In this document: positions 36,558 through 50,329 of the stretch, piece after piece
How positions within the stretch are numbered: position 1 is the first letter of the stretch
How the letters are laid out: every line of letters begins with the position of its first letter
Origin: Somniosus microcephalus
Taxonomy: Eukaryota
Direction: 5' to 3'
Length of the DNA stretch: 64,000 nucleotides
Assembly: GCA_052327205.1 (NCBI GenBank)
Contig: CM126224.1
Location: 28,892,001 to 28,956,000 of the forward strand
Notes under the pieces: generated by a model
Databases searched by the model: none
Told to the model about the DNA's origin: nothing
What the model saw: only the letters and a program-made list of their open reading frames with translations
Made by a program: the position numbers and the translations under genes

Positions 36558-38622
36558 ACTCTGTACCTTACTGATTAATATTTGGAAATATTCTACAGAT
36601 GTTCACTTCTCATTTTAGCTACCAATATTGATTGCATTAAAATTACATTACCTCACGATTTGCATGACACTTTATTTTGCAGCACACAAAATGAACCAAC
36701 ATTCAATCACTGATTTTTATGTAACAGTCAGCTTTCTTTAGGAGACTTAGAGGGTGCGTTGTGGTTCTGTTTTCAGTAAGCACCATTTTCATGTTTTCTT
36801 TAATGTTGATCACGAATTACTCCATCGTAGCCCTTGGATAAATTATAACTAGGTTAGAGTCTTGGAGAAAACTAACTTTCTGAGTTTAGATATTAATTCA
36901 CCTTGAGATTTGCTCTTACAGATTATGACAGTGACTGAACCTTTGATTAGATTACATTCTTGCAATTTATTTAAAATGTTATTCTGAATTTTCTACTAAT
37001 GGGAAAGTGGCTACATTTATATTTGTCTTTGCACATTTCTACTTTGAGCACCTCATTTAATTCAGTGCACTATTATTTTAGAGATTCTGGTCTCGGACTC
37101 GTCAGTATCTGTAAAGTGCACTGTAGAGCTAGCACAAGTTACAACTGCCAGCTGCATCTTGCACTCTGCTTAACACTCCAAGACCAAATAATTATTAATG
37201 TTAGGAGAGCACAGGTGGGAGTGTTGGCTCTCTACTAAAACCAAAACAGTTCAAAAGTAATTTTATAAAGTGCTGAAGAAATGCAGTTGTCAGCCTAAGC
37301 ACTTTTAAAACATGGCTTTGTATTGAGTTAGAGTTACACTACATTCAGTTCAAACCCCAAATGATGTGAAACAGCCTACTAGAGGTGGTCCCATACCTCC
37401 AGGCTTCAGCATGCTGGATAGAATCAGAGTTTATCTTCGATATATCAGCAGAGTCTGAATTGGACACAGTGTAGAATGAAGAGACCTTTTTTTTGGTTAG
37501 ATGGGTACCTTAACACCCGTGGAAAGCCATCACCATCTGAACCAAGCTATTGAGATATCTATACCTGTGCAATTTTGATTTACCTGATAGAGTGCACATT
37601 CTCTCCACATAGAGGCACACCCCGCTTACCCAAGTCTAGAGAGTTTAGGTGAAGGTTCGCCGAGCCTATGTTTGGGAACTGCAAGGGTTTGGAGAGTAAC
37701 TGCTGGAGTATAACCAGTGTAAAACACTGTCCAGCTTCCTCGTTCTTTTAGGACCACCTGTTAGAATATATGCTTGCAGGGTTACTTGGAACTGAATGGG
37801 AAGAACCACAGCCCTTAGTGACAAGTCTACCTCTCCAGATTCCATTAATAAACCAGATTGGCTGGTCAATCATCAGTAGTGTCCTGGGTTACTGAGATGT
37901 GCCTGATGCAGGTGTCTGATTACCAAGTCTGCTCCAGAAGGATGACATAGTCCCAAATTTCCATCATCTGGCGTGTCTTATTGGAGCCACTTGACCCACT
38001 TTCCCTCCCCTCGTCCCACCAAAGAGGACAGCCACTAGCTGGCCATTAAACAACTAAGAAATTTGTGTTTGAGCCTCACCAGATGGTCAGCAGGCACCAG
38101 GGGTTACTCGTGAGCAGCGCAACTCTTCATAAAATGTGTTAGTGCATCATCATCCTCCTCCTGCTGTTACATAGACGCACAACGGTGTTTCTACCAGCTG
38201 AAGACCTGGTGCTGCTTATCTTTGACACCCAGTCATGGTAGGCACCAAGCTTCAGGTGTTTGAGCACATTTTCTCATACCTGGTAAAGCGCAGTATTCCC
38301 AGAGTATGCTTTCCAAGTTAAGATTTCAGACTTTACTGGCATTTAAACTCACTTGCCCTCTGAATGAGTTTTTGCAGTTCTGGGCCAGGCCACTGGATGG
38401 AGCATTTTTCAGCACCGAAATGCTTTATCTCAAGAGGAATGAAACAACTGTCAGGTCTAATGTTGGTCCCAATCAAACGCCATCAGTGGACTAGCTTAAG
38501 AATTGAGCAATAACATTAAATCCATAGCCCAGGTAATCTTCCTCTTCTAGTGGAAGGCTGGAGTGTGGGGTATCAGTAAGAGATCTAGAAATGAGACGTA
38601 TAGATTTTCTCTAAATTACATT

Positions 38623-39150
38623 AGGCCGGAATTTGCTGAAGAAATAACGGTGTGTGAGCGACGCACATAATTATTAATGTGCAAATTGGCCAGCAACTTG
38701 TGGTGTGGAAGAGATACCCCATGAATTGGGAATTGCCACAAGTTGCTGACCGATTTGTGCCGCTCCGCCGTTAGCTTCACGAAAATGGCATCTCGCCGTT
38801 TGAAACTGTGGAATCTTATTCCTTCAGGTAGTGAATTGTTGTTGGAGGTTTTAGAAATGTTTGCTTCCCTCTCTACTTCTCTTTCTGTACTTGATTTGAT
38901 ATTGAATTCACCCACTCTGATTCACCCTCCTTCTCCGTCCTTGCTCTGTTTATTTCTCAATCTTTAAGACTCATTGGTTAAGGTTCACTGTTGGTCCCAT
39001 CATTCGCCATGGTCCCAGATGTCCTGTTTCTCTTGCTGCGCCGTTATATGTTTGCACTTCCAGCAACTTTGTGGGCAATTCTAAAGTGTGCAGCAACAAG
39101 TCTAACTAACAAGGCACGCTCGATGCACTGTTCCAGCAAATTCCTCAAAT
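38623..39150. mobile_element. MITE of the 23002-23723 family, right TIR eroded
   Basis: ATT|AGGCCGGAATTTGC...CCAGCAAATTCC; shared internal aagttgctgaccgatttgtgccgctccgccgttagcttc. Confidence 0.85.
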
Positions 39151-42009
39151 ATTGTCTTTTGATAAAAGCGTAAACTTCAAAAGTTGTTCTAAAAATGTAT
39201 GTGTGGCTTGTATTTTTGTATGGAGAACAACTACGGAATCCAGAAAGGGATAAGATATAGAACAAAATAGAGGGTGACATGCTTGCAACAACAAAATTGT
39301 GCAGTTAAAATGACCCATCATAGTAAATAGTCAAATAAAATGAATGAGAAAATATCCATCCTGTGAAGATGAAGAATACATGTAAATGATTACAAAGCAC
39401 TGAGTCAGTCAATAGATTTAAATTCTATCCAAGCAACTTATGTTCCTCTTTTTCAAGCACTGAGATTGAATCAATACCCAGTAACTCACTTACAGAAATT
39501 AGTTCTTTTTATATAATGATATACTAGCAGAATTCCCGAGGCATTGTTGATGGTGAGTCAGAGGTTATACTGTTACAAGAGGTTGCTGGAGTATGGGAGG
39601 GATGAGAGGTTCACGTTGCCGCTGAAAGGATTTGGACAGAAGCGTGCAAGATGTCCTGAAAAATACATACTATTTTCCTTACCCACAGCATGTCGATAGA
39701 TAAAGAAATACATTTATTTCCTTCACATACCTTGTATGAATAAATAAAACTTTGCATTTAACAAATGGGAGAACCTCTTATGCATCTGTTTTAACCTATG
39801 TGATTTTATAACGAGGGCCAAATCATACAAAATTTCAGAAAAAAATGAATGTGCATCTTTCTTCCTTTTACTATATCTTATTAAAAAAAAAAGCATTATG
39901 ACTTAAATAAAAATGTTTCAATTCAGAACTTAAGAACCTCTCTTCATCTTTGAATAATGGAGCAGTTCTTCCAGAATTTCTGCTGCTAATACTTACTTTG
40001 CTGATTAGTTTCGATACTAAGATGAACTTATTTAAAGAAATGCAGTTCTGTAACCATTTAGAATGCGTTACAAAATATAAAGATTTGCCAATGCCAAATT
40101 TAAAAATGAAATGTTTCATTTCTCACATGTAGCATGTTGGCCTTTGAATGTAGTAAATTAGATTATTTTTTTCAGGAATGTTAACTTCATCAAAGGTTGA
40201 CAAATTCATGCTTTACCTTTTATATTTTATACAAAAAATCCAGTTACTTTTATTGCTTCTAAAAATGGTTTCCTTGGGAGCTTTTATCCTCAATTTTTCA
40301 TCAATATGCAAGAAAGCAGCACATGACAGGGCTTACAAACAGTAAATTCCAGCACACGCTGTGAATGACCACTCTTGCTGTCAAAAAAAACAATTCTGGG
40401 ATATGTAGGTACAAATGCATCCTCACAATTGTAGCCTGCTATCTTATTGAGTCTCTTCAGCTGATGGTGATGACTGGTTTGCCCCAAGAGCCTATGCTTT
40501 TCAGAGAGGCAAAGACCTCCAATCAGCAACAAACCAATCAGCTGCAAGTGTAACACACAACTTGCCTATGATTTTTGCCTGTAATTAAATGTGACAGAGG
40601 TATGGTATGACAGACGGGCATTAACTAGTTCTTAAAAATTGAATTCAACTGTGGCCTAAAAATTAATTTCTGTATAGCCACAATGATTTGGAGAAAAGGA
40701 GCGAGTAAAATAGCTTATTTATGTTCAATAACACAAAAGGTGTTGGTTATGCTCATTTAAAAAAAAAAAAAGTTTTAATTGGGTATTAAAAATAAACAAT
40801 ATCCTAGATGTCCAGTATACTGTATAATTAGACTGCAAATGTTCATATGCTGTAATACAAACTAAGCCAAAAATACACAGCACAAGTTGTTACTTGTGTT
40901 TCTGATTATGTAAAGAGAGATGTTGGGCCATCCATAATTTTCAGAGCACTTGGGCCGCTGCAAGTGAACCTCTGTTCCCTTTGTTATAAAAGCAAGGATA
41001 TTAGATCGATCTTTTTATGCCACTGTGACAGTTTGTTAATGCGATGAGACAATATGCAACACCTGAACAGTGCTCTGTATTAAAAAGGCTTAATGATGGG
41101 AGTGATGGTAATTTGCTAGAATTACACAGGTGATTAGTCAGGATTTCTTCAGAGTCCATCTGTGGCTACACAGGTGAGGTCCAGCTTGGATTTAGGAGTT
41201 AACGATATAATGAAAATACCCGAGGGATGTTTGGGTTTGAGTCTTACTGTCAGACCAGGTGGTGCAGAAGGGTATAGTGCAAAATAAATAATGACTAGCT
41301 TTGCCAGTTCCCACATCTGCTCTACAGCTTAAGAAAATTTGGATCATTGCTTTCTATTTGCTAACAATTTAAGATTAATTTGATATTTTCCCTCATTGTT
41401 CAATGTACGGAAGCTATGAAAATGCCTCCTTGTCTAACTTGTACATTTTATTACTGTTCCAGTTCTTGAACGACCGAGTAATATCTCAACTTTACTTAAA
41501 TCATTGCAGCCTTAAGGGTGATATTTATCCATATGGTTTCCATACAGAAGAAAATTTATCTAAAAAGAACCCATCCAGATAAGACTGAAATTCCCCATGA
41601 ATAAGAGCTTTTAAAATGCAATTGTTCCTTTTCTGACAGCATCTACCCACCATTCTTGCTCCAACTGCAGTAGACATTTTCTGTAACAATTTCCTTGGAA
41701 GGCAGCCAAATATATTCTAGCACGGTGTGCGTCAATGCCAAGTCATAGAAACAAGGAATTACTAGGCCACCTGAGAGCAGTTTGTGCAGTAGCCCTTCAA
41801 AAATTTAGTAGTGCTGTATTTTATAACTCATGCTCTACAGCATTTTCTTCAAAATACATTATTATCACATTAGCTTGTGCAGAAACATTCTCTTTAAGCT
41901 GCTTTCATATTACGGTCACATATGTCCCCTTTCCGAATCACATGTATTCTTTTTCTGTTTTCTCCCTCCCCTCCCCTCCCCCTCCATGGGCACCAGTTGC
42001 TTTTCAGTA

Positions 42010-42300
42010 CCTTACCCAAGTGGTCATTATTCATGTGTGCAATTTGGACAGTGAGAGTTGCTACTTTACAGGAGAAGCTTCACAGCCAAGTCCAATCCTG
42101 TCCTCACCCAACGTCCACACATTCTCACTTTCAGCAGAAGTGTCTCCATAGCAGGAATGGAATCCCTAGCTGGTATCTAGGGGCACTGAGGTCAACTGTC
42201 CCTACCACCACCCTGGCTAGAATCAGCCAGCACACACACAACCTGTGATCTTCCTGGTCAGTATGGCTGGACTATTCTTCATTGGATAAGCTCACTGTGC
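42010..42300 (-). mobile_element. SINE family B copy, degenerate
   Basis: tacccaagtggtcattattc, cacagccaagtccaatcctgtcctcaccc and ttcagcagaagtgtc are reverse-complement matches to 59560-59710. Confidence 0.65.
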
Positions 42301-42414
42301 AGTTTTTGGGCTGCTGCTCAGTTCTTTGCTCTACAAGCACTCTGTTATTTTCTTGAACCTAAACAGTCTCATTGTTGACTGACTGGCCTCATTTTTCAAA
42401 ATTCCACTTCCAAC

Positions 42415-43860
42415 TGCACTCTCACCTCCAAGAACAAGTCTGAGGCGCTTGTGGACTTCTTTGTCACTAACATTGAGACCATCCGTTCAGCTGCACTTCC
42501 CCATACCACCAAGCTAAGTGTCCCCAAGTTTCCCCCCAGCTCTAGTCCTGAACACATGTCTTTCTCTCGTTTCTCCTCTATCATTGTAAATGGTTCTCTC
42601 TCATCATCATCACCCCCCTTCTCAAAAGAGCACCATTGATCCCTCTGTTCTTATAAACTACCGTCCCACCTCCAACCTCCCTTTCCTCTTCAGAAGTCCT
42701 TGAACATGTTGTCGCCTCCCAAATCCGTGCCTACCTGTCCCATAACTCCATGTTAGAATCTCTCCAATTAGGTTTCCTCCTCTGCCGCAGCACTTAAATA
42801 GCACTAATGAAAGTCACAAATGACATCCTCGGTAACTCGCCATGGTGTGCACTATCTCTCCTCATCTTTCTCAACATCTCTGCAGCCTTTGACACAGTCA
42901 GCCACACCATCCTTCTCCAAAATATCTCCTTTGTTGTCCAGCTCAGTGAAACTGCCCTCGCTTGGTTCTACTATTACCTATCCGATTGTAGCCAGAGAAT
43001 CTTTACCAATGACTTCTCTTCCTGTCCCTGCACCGTTACTTCTGGAGTCTTTCAGAGATCTATATTTGGCCTCCTCCTCTTCCTGATCAACATGCTGCTC
43101 CTTGGCGACATCATCCAAAGACAGGGGTTCGGGTCCCACGTGTATGCTGATAACACGTACGCAGCACTACCACTCCACCACCTCTCTCGATCCCTCCACT
43201 GCCTCTCTGTTGTCAGACTGCTTCTCCAACATCCAGTCCTGGATGAGCCACAATTTCCTCCAGTTAAATATTAGAAAGACCAAAGCCATCGTCTTTGGCC
43301 CTTGCTACTAATTCCATCCCCATTCCTGGCCAGTGTCAGGTTGAACCAGACTGTTCACAATCTTGGTGTCCTATTTGATCCTGAGCTGACCTTACAGCCC
43401 CATATCCTTTCCATCACAAAGACCGCCTACATCCACCTCCATAACATTGCCCATATCCGCCCTGCCTCCACTCATCTGCTATTGAAACACTCACCCATGC
43501 CTTTATCACCTCCAAACTTGACAATTCCACTGCTCCCCTGGCTAGCCTTCAATCCTGCAGTCTCCCCTTGCCTCTTGTACATCTCCCACTCCTTCGCTCC
43601 ACCAGTGACACTGTGCTTTCAGCCATCTAGGCCCAAAGCTCTAGAATTTCTCCCCCCCCCCCCCCCCACTCAAACCTCTGCACCTCCCTCTCCTCCTTTT
43701 AGATCATCTTTAAAACCCACTTCTTTGATCAAGCTATTAGTCATCCTTCCTAATATCTACTCCTGTGTCTCGGCATCGATTTCTGTCCGACTGGTTTCTG
43801 TGAAGCACCTTGGGATGATTTTCTACATTCGAAGGTGCTATATAAATGCAAGTTGTTGTT
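42415..43860 (+). mobile_element. L2 LINE RT and 3' end with internal deletions
   Basis: ORF 42807..43274 KVTNDIL, NISAAFDTVSH, TSGVFQRSIFG, VYADN; tail tgctatataaatgcaagttgttgtt. Confidence 0.92.
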
Positions 43861-44404
43861 GAATTTGGCAGCAACGGGCTGGAGGTGCCAGAGTTTTGGC
43901 AGCATGGGTGAATCTTTGTGTACCCCTCAGTTGCATAAATGAAATGTTAAACTTTTATGCTGTTTATGTGGCTTGTTAGCTCCTTGAGAAGTGTTAACAG
44001 GATCATTATTACACATGCATTGTGATTTCTTTTTATTACCACCAACAAAATCATTTTCTCAGGAAGCACACATTTCAAAACCACACATTTCCACAATGCT
44101 GTTAGTGGGTCAAAAGCAATGTTAAAAAATGAGTATTTAACTTATTTTTCCGCAAACGAAGAAAATATATCCCATTAGCAAAGAGGCCATGTTATTGTCT
44201 GCTCTAAGAATTGATTCTATTGCTGCCAGCAGAAACTTTACACACTAAGGTTTCCAGAACAGTAGTTGAAGACTGGGAACTCAAATACTTATTTTCACAT
44301 TCCAATCTGAGAAGGTGGACAAGCTCAGAATATTCCTGTGAACTGCAGTACTCTTAACCCTGAGGATGTTCTCAAGATATGTCAACCAGACCTACCCATG
44401 TTTA

Positions 44405-44535
44405 TTGTGTGAATAGATTTTTGTTAATTAAGGGAATCGAGGGATAGAAACAAAGGCAGGTAAATAGTTGAGGTACAGATCAGCCATGATCTAACTGGCT
44501 CGAGGGGCTGAATGGACTACTGTTCTTATGTTCCC
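44405..44535 (+). mobile_element. CR1 3' tail
   Basis: gatcagccatgatct...gctcgaggggctgaatggactactgttcttatgttcc. Confidence 0.8.
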
Positions 44536-44644
44536 ATTTCAAAGGATTTCATGTGTGGCTTATCATAGTTATAGATGCACCTTCCAAGGACATGTCCAAA
44601 CAGTAACTATGTTAGAAACTCAGATATGTTAGATTGGTTTCATT

Positions 44645-45330
44645 GGGCCGTATTTTCTGATCGGAGGCTTCTTGCGTGCGGAGGCCTCCGATCTGGGAAA
44701 AAAATCTACGCTCTTACCTGAGGGCCCCCGAGGTCCGGACACTTCCGCTCCTGGGCCTCTCCAACTCCAAGTGCGCAGGGCCCACGTATCCCAGAGGCGC
44801 AGGCGGTTCGCAAGCGTCCCTGGGATCACGTGGACCATGGGGAGCCAATAGAAGGGAATCTCCCTTCATACACTTGACAGATAGACCTGTCACACATATG
44901 AATGGAGATCACCCCAAAAACACTGTAAAACATTAAATACATTTTTTAAAAATCACATTTTTAAAATTAGTTGAAATTACAGTAAATTAAATATTTTAAA
45001 CAATTTTATTTTTTGGAAAAAAAAAAAAATTTTTTTACGGGGCTAAAAATAAACGTACCTTAATGATAAATGAGTGGGGGGAATTTTTTTTTTCAAATCT
45101 ATGCTGGTGCAAACAGGCCTTATGTCTGCTTTTACCAGGCGTAAGATTTCTAAGGGTTTTCTGCAGGTGGAGGTTCTCCAGAAAGTGGAACTATCCACCC
45201 GCAGAGGCCCTTCTCCAGGGCAGGCGTCCGATCTGTCAAGAGCTAGGCATGCCCGAAACCTGCATTAGTGATGTCCCTACGGGTGGGTACACAGCGCATA
45301 CCCACCCGTTGGGATCGGAATATATGGCCC
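44645..45330. mobile_element. MITE with ~18-bp TIR and ATT TSD
   Basis: ATT|GGGCCGTATTTTCTGATC...GATCGGAATATATGGCCC|ATT; GC-rich arms around an AT-rich core; paralog at 6172. Confidence 0.9.
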
Positions 45331-45884
45331 ATTATCCCTGATTCTCTAATGCATGCCTGTTAATTTGACTGGGTAGAAATAGTTTCATCTCAGGTTGATG
45401 ATTTAGATATTATACCAAAGAAAGTTTAAAATCTAGGTTGTATGGGAAGGATTTAGTAAGATTTAATGGAAATTTATGAGACATACTGCGGAGAGGAGTA
45501 AAGCCTAAATGGTTTGACCTTTAGTGATGGAGATCACAAAGAGCATCTTGGACTCTGTCAAGGCTCATTTGCCATTTCAACTTTCTTTTATTCTATTCAT
45601 GACATCCTGGTAGTAATATTCCTGCTGATGCTCTGTTTTATGAAAAGGATTGGAAAAATGAGATTGCTTCAAAGCCCTCAGTCTTATGAACCTTTTAGCA
45701 AATGTCACCTGAAGTTCCTCATTGAACGGTGTTGGTACGGAGGATAAGTGATTGACAGGTTTGTTAACTGCCAGTATACACACACACATATATATAGTAA
45801 ATTGGCCGGGACATTTCCCACAGTCAGTTGAGGAATACAAGTTGTTTTATATATACACAAGATGACGGAGTTGGGAAAGATATT

Positions 45885-46563
45885 GGCCCAGAATTTGCAG
45901 GGAAAATAACTAAGTTCAAGGCACTCAGTGCTATTGGTGCGTAAAAAAACTCAGCAATTTGTGGCAAGGAAGAAATGTGTTGAGTTATTACAGATCAGCA
46001 CACATTGCTGGTGATTTGTGCCACTCTGCCGTTCGCCTCGCAAAAATGGGAGTAAAAAGTTAGGGCTGGTGTTTCAGAAAGCAAGGGCCCTTTTAATGAC
46101 GAGATTTATGTTCCTGCAATGCCACTCAGCCTCGGAGGCCCAGAAAGGGAACAATTGAAACTGTGGAATCTCACTCCTGTAGGTAGTAAATTGTTCCTAG
46201 AGTTTTTTTTAGAAATTTTAAATTGTAAGTTTAAAAAAGAATTCATTCTTTTCCTTTCTGTCACCCTTTTTTTTTCTCTTAATCCAATCTTTCTTTACCT
46301 CTCTCTTATTTTTCTTTCTGTATCTAATTTGATTCTAATTCACCTTATTTCCTTCTCCGTCATTCACCCTGTTTCTTTCACTATCACTAAATCTCACTGG
46401 TTAAGGAGATAGGTCGTTCACCAAGGTCCCAGATATCACCTTTGACCTCGCCACGCCGTTATCAGCACGCATTTCCAGCAATTTGTGACGCAAAATTAAC
46501 TGGAGGTGAAGGGTGAGGAAAAAGATCCAACTTGCAGTGCACCGCTCCAGCAAATTCTGGGTC
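45885..46563. mobile_element. MITE of the 23002-23723 family with ATT TSD
   Basis: ATT|GGCCCAGAATTTGC...GCAAATTCTGGGTC|ATT. Confidence 0.9.
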
Positions 46564-46745
46564 ATTATTTCAAAGACTCGTTCCACAGAGCCACCGAGTG
46601 ACCAGAGCCTAATTCATGACATTTGAAATAGCAAAATTGAATGGAAATGTTGATACCGCAACTTACAATGGTAAATGTTGATGGTAAAAAGTGAGATTAA
46701 AAATAGTGACAAGAAATAAGATTTGTAGACAGAAGATGTGCACCT

Positions 46746-46780
46746 TGTGTGTGTGTGTGTGTGTGTATATACACACACAC
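46746..46780. repeat. (TG)n-ATAT-(AC)n compound microsatellite
   Basis: Read directly; 46757-46780 is a perfect 24-bp palindrome. Confidence 0.95.
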
Positions 46781-47249
46781 TCACTAAAATGTTTGTACTT
46801 AAGATAGTGTATGTGTTCCACCTCCCATAGACTACCACATAAGAATTCTTTTTCATCCTTTCTCTAAGTGGTTATCTATAGAATTTTAGATTTCTTTTTT
46901 TGGTCGCACTAAATCATTATGAAAGTTATTTTATGTCTATGAAGATGACAGCCAGTTCAGTTCTTTTTGAAACACGTCTGTTCACAGATTGTTCTTGAAC
47001 TCATTTGCTTTTTAAAAATCTCTGTTGAGTTTTCCTGTTCGTAGATGAGAGCAATTCAGTTGACTTGTGATGTTGATCACATGATCCACATATGGAATGA
47101 TTTTCTTGATGTGCTCAACATTTTAGAGACATTGACATCCTGGCCTTATTGAAAACTTGGCTTCTTAAGGCATGTTTGCTATTGAACTGAACTGTGCTAC
47201 AAGCATTTGGTGATGATGAATGAATGTTAGTCTTTTTCTACTAGTAACT

Positions 47250-47560
47250 CAAGTAGGCACTGTTGGCCCCATTCTGTTTCTCATCTTCAGCGACAGTCTG
47301 GTGGATGTCATAAACCGTTAGTATTCTCTTTGCTGATGATACCACCCTCGTCTGGAAAGTGGTTAACTCTCCTCAAAGATGTTTGGCAACTGAATCACTG
47401 CAGTCAAATACAGATAAAATTAGATAGTCGGATTGACAAATGGCTTGCTGTCAAGCACTGGGAAAACCAAATCAGCTGTGGAAGAAATTTGCTGTGATGT
47501 TGCCCACCCATTTCCACTCTTAAGTTTAGTAATCTCTCTTCAGTAACAAATGTTCAGCTT
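47250..47560 (+). mobile_element. Ancient CR1-group RT remnant
   Basis: gttggccccattctgtttctcatcttc (GPILFLIF), tttgctgatgataccaccctc (FADDTTL). Confidence 0.6.
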
Positions 47561-47699
47561 GATTATCTGAGCTTGCACTTAGTTTTTCTGTGTCTGTGTT
47601 GCTGCTACACAGTCGCACAACCATCTAGAGTAGAACTTGCACGCTTCAACCTTGCCTTCGATCACCTCCCACTACTGTTGAAATGCTCAACTGTCTTTT

Positions 47700-47960
47700 A
47701 TCCTCTCGATGCTCAGCTTCCTGAAATTTACCCTACACAAACTCCAACCAGCTGTACTGTGTCAATGATATACATCACTTGTCCTCACCAATCCCCACTG
47801 GCTCCCTAGCGCTCCTCCTTCCCCGCTCAAGTGTATTGATTTCAAATTCTCATCCTTGTTTTCAAATCCTTCCATGGTCACGCTTCACCTTGCCTCTGTA
47901 GCCTCCTCTAACCCTGCATCCAAACTTGCAGCCTCTTCTGAGTTCTCTGTCCATCCCCTA
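47700..47960 (+). mobile_element. L2 3' remnant
   Basis: ccctacacaaactccaac, ccactggctccc, tgatttcaaattctcatccttgttttcaaatccttccatgg. Confidence 0.75.
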
Positions 47961-48189
47961 TGTTTTATCATGTGTATATGGGTATGTTGTGTCCTGCAGA
48001 AGTTATTGATATGTGCAATATGATGCACCACTTCAGGTCTTGACTGGGTGGCAGAGCTGGGTTTCTGAATATACAAATGCTGGACTGTAAGCTGATTACG
48101 TGCAACTCACTCATGTAGCTTCACAAGTACACTGTTTACTTGTCCTTCAGGTATATCTGCACCAGTGCCATTTCCTTAGTGGTTGTATA

Positions 48190-48840
48190 TAAGAACATAA
48201 GAAATAGGAGCAGGAGTAGGCCATTTGGCCCTTTGAGCTTCCTCCGCCATTCAATAAGATCATGGCTGATCTTCTACCTCATCTCCACTTTCCTGAACTA
48301 TCCCCATATCCCTTGATTCCCTTAATATCCCAAAAATCTATCAATCTCTGTCTTGAATATACTCAACAACTGAGCCTCCACAGCCCTTTGGGGTAGAGAA
48401 TTCCAAAGATTCACCACTCTCCGAGTGAAGAAATTTCTCATCATCTCAGTCCTAAATGGCCAACCTCTTATTCTGAAACTGACCCCTGGTTCTAGACTCC
48501 CCAGCCAGAGGAAACATCCTCCCTGCATCTACCCTGTCAAGCCCTGTAAGAATTTTGTATGTTTCAATGAGATCACCTCTCATTCTTCTGAACTCTAGCG
48601 AATATAGGCCTAGTCTACTCAATTTCTCCTCATAGGACAATCCCCCCCCCCCATCCCAGGAATCAGTCTGGTGAACCTTCGTTGCACTCACTCTATGGCA
48701 AGTATATCCTTCCTTCGGTAAACTGTACACAGTGCTCCAGGTGTGGTTTCACCAGGGCCCTATATAATTGCATTAAGACGTCTTTACTCTTATACTCAAA
48801 TCCTCTTGTAATAAAGGCCAACATACCATTTGCTTTCCTA
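48190..48840 (-). mobile_element. CR1 3' end
   Basis: ORFs 48452..48730 (LSYEEKLSRLGLYSLEFRRMRGDLIETYKIL) and 48322..48528 (RNFFTRRVVNLWNSLP); tail aagaacataagaa. Confidence 0.93.
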
Positions 48841-50329
48841 AGCTCCATGGTAATAATGGTTAAAGATCACTTGCATTAACGGATTAACGCAGAAGATCAC
48901 AGCCTCAATTCAGAGCAACATTTGATCACTGGACATCTAGATATGCTTTCAAGACATGGGAGCAGATTGTATTTCATTAATGATATGAACAAGCATTTAA
49001 AGTTGCAGCCCCAAATCTCTGACAGCTAATTACTAGACTGTACATTGGTAATAAACAATTAGAATTTGTACGACAACCCTTACTAGTGAACAGAAAGCTT
49101 TTGGTCGAGGTTAAATAGGAAAAGCAAAAGGCATGCCAAATTTTAATGATAGGTACCGAATATAGTTTGCATCTTAGAAAATATGCACATTTGCTCTTGC
49201 AACATTGAGAAAACAATTTTCTGTAAATTTGTAATACAGTACGTAGGAACCAGTGAACATGAGCCTGAAAGGTTATGTATGGTTTGGAAAGGTTCCTTGC
49301 AAGATCATAGCTCCACAGTGCTTAGAATCATAGAACCGAACAGCATAGAAGGAGACCATTCGGCCCATCGTGTCTGTGCTGGCTCTTTGAAACTGAAGAA
49401 AGTCATGATCGCTATAATTTACCAATATTTCTGAAACTGCAGAGTAAAATATTCCTAAACAATATCAATTACAGCAAATATAATTTTTGCTGCCATGTTA
49501 AATTACCCATTTTCAAACTGTGAACTGTTTTTATCACCCAAGCCCTTTCAGACACATCCAAATATAATATTCCATGATCTATTTTTTAAAATGTTTGTGA
49601 TTAACTTAGTACTAAAATGCTACCACAGTACTCAGCAAGTTAGTGATATATCTTTGCAAAGAAGTTGTTAAAAAGAACACTTCAGGCTGAGGCTGTGCAG
49701 TGGCCTTATTCCCATGTATTCAAGGAAAAATATAATCTTCCACCCATGCCTAATTGAAGAGAGACTATATCTCTAAGTAAAAGCATTTTTTTTTTTAAAC
49801 TTAGCGCACAGTGGCTGGCCTCTTTGTCAGACTGTCATCTTTTTGGCATTTCCAAGAATGTGGATACATGACATTTCTGCAGTGAGACTCACTTCCCAGC
49901 ACCACCAGCTGGAAGTAATGAGCAGTGAGGTTGGGAACTGGAGCTAAAACTTAGAAAAGTAACCAGCTGATTTTTTTTTCTCCATCCTGTAAATGGGTTG
50001 AGATGTGTTACTGTACACAAGAAATACTGTCTTAATGTCTCGATCTTTGGCTCTCTGTCTTTTTTTAATCTGATTACTCTCTTGTGAAGTGCCTTGGGAT
50101 GTTTTACTGCGTTAAAGGCACTATATAAATGTACTATGTTGTATAGAAACGCAAGTGGTTGTTAGAATGCCTCATATGTTGGAAGGACAGCCACCACTGC
50201 GAATTTTAAATTATTCTTTAAACTTTAGATGAACGTTATGTATAGAGATTGTTGAAAGCTATGGCCATTGTAAGGTCCTGCCCTTTCTAATGTTATAAAA
50301 TAGATTTTTTTTAAAAAGTTTACAATAGT

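Noticed and set aside
37378-37405. CTAGAGGTGGTCCC..CTCCAGG resembling my recollection of LF-SINE
   Set aside because: Only about 20 matching bases and the flanks do not extend the similarity by eye.
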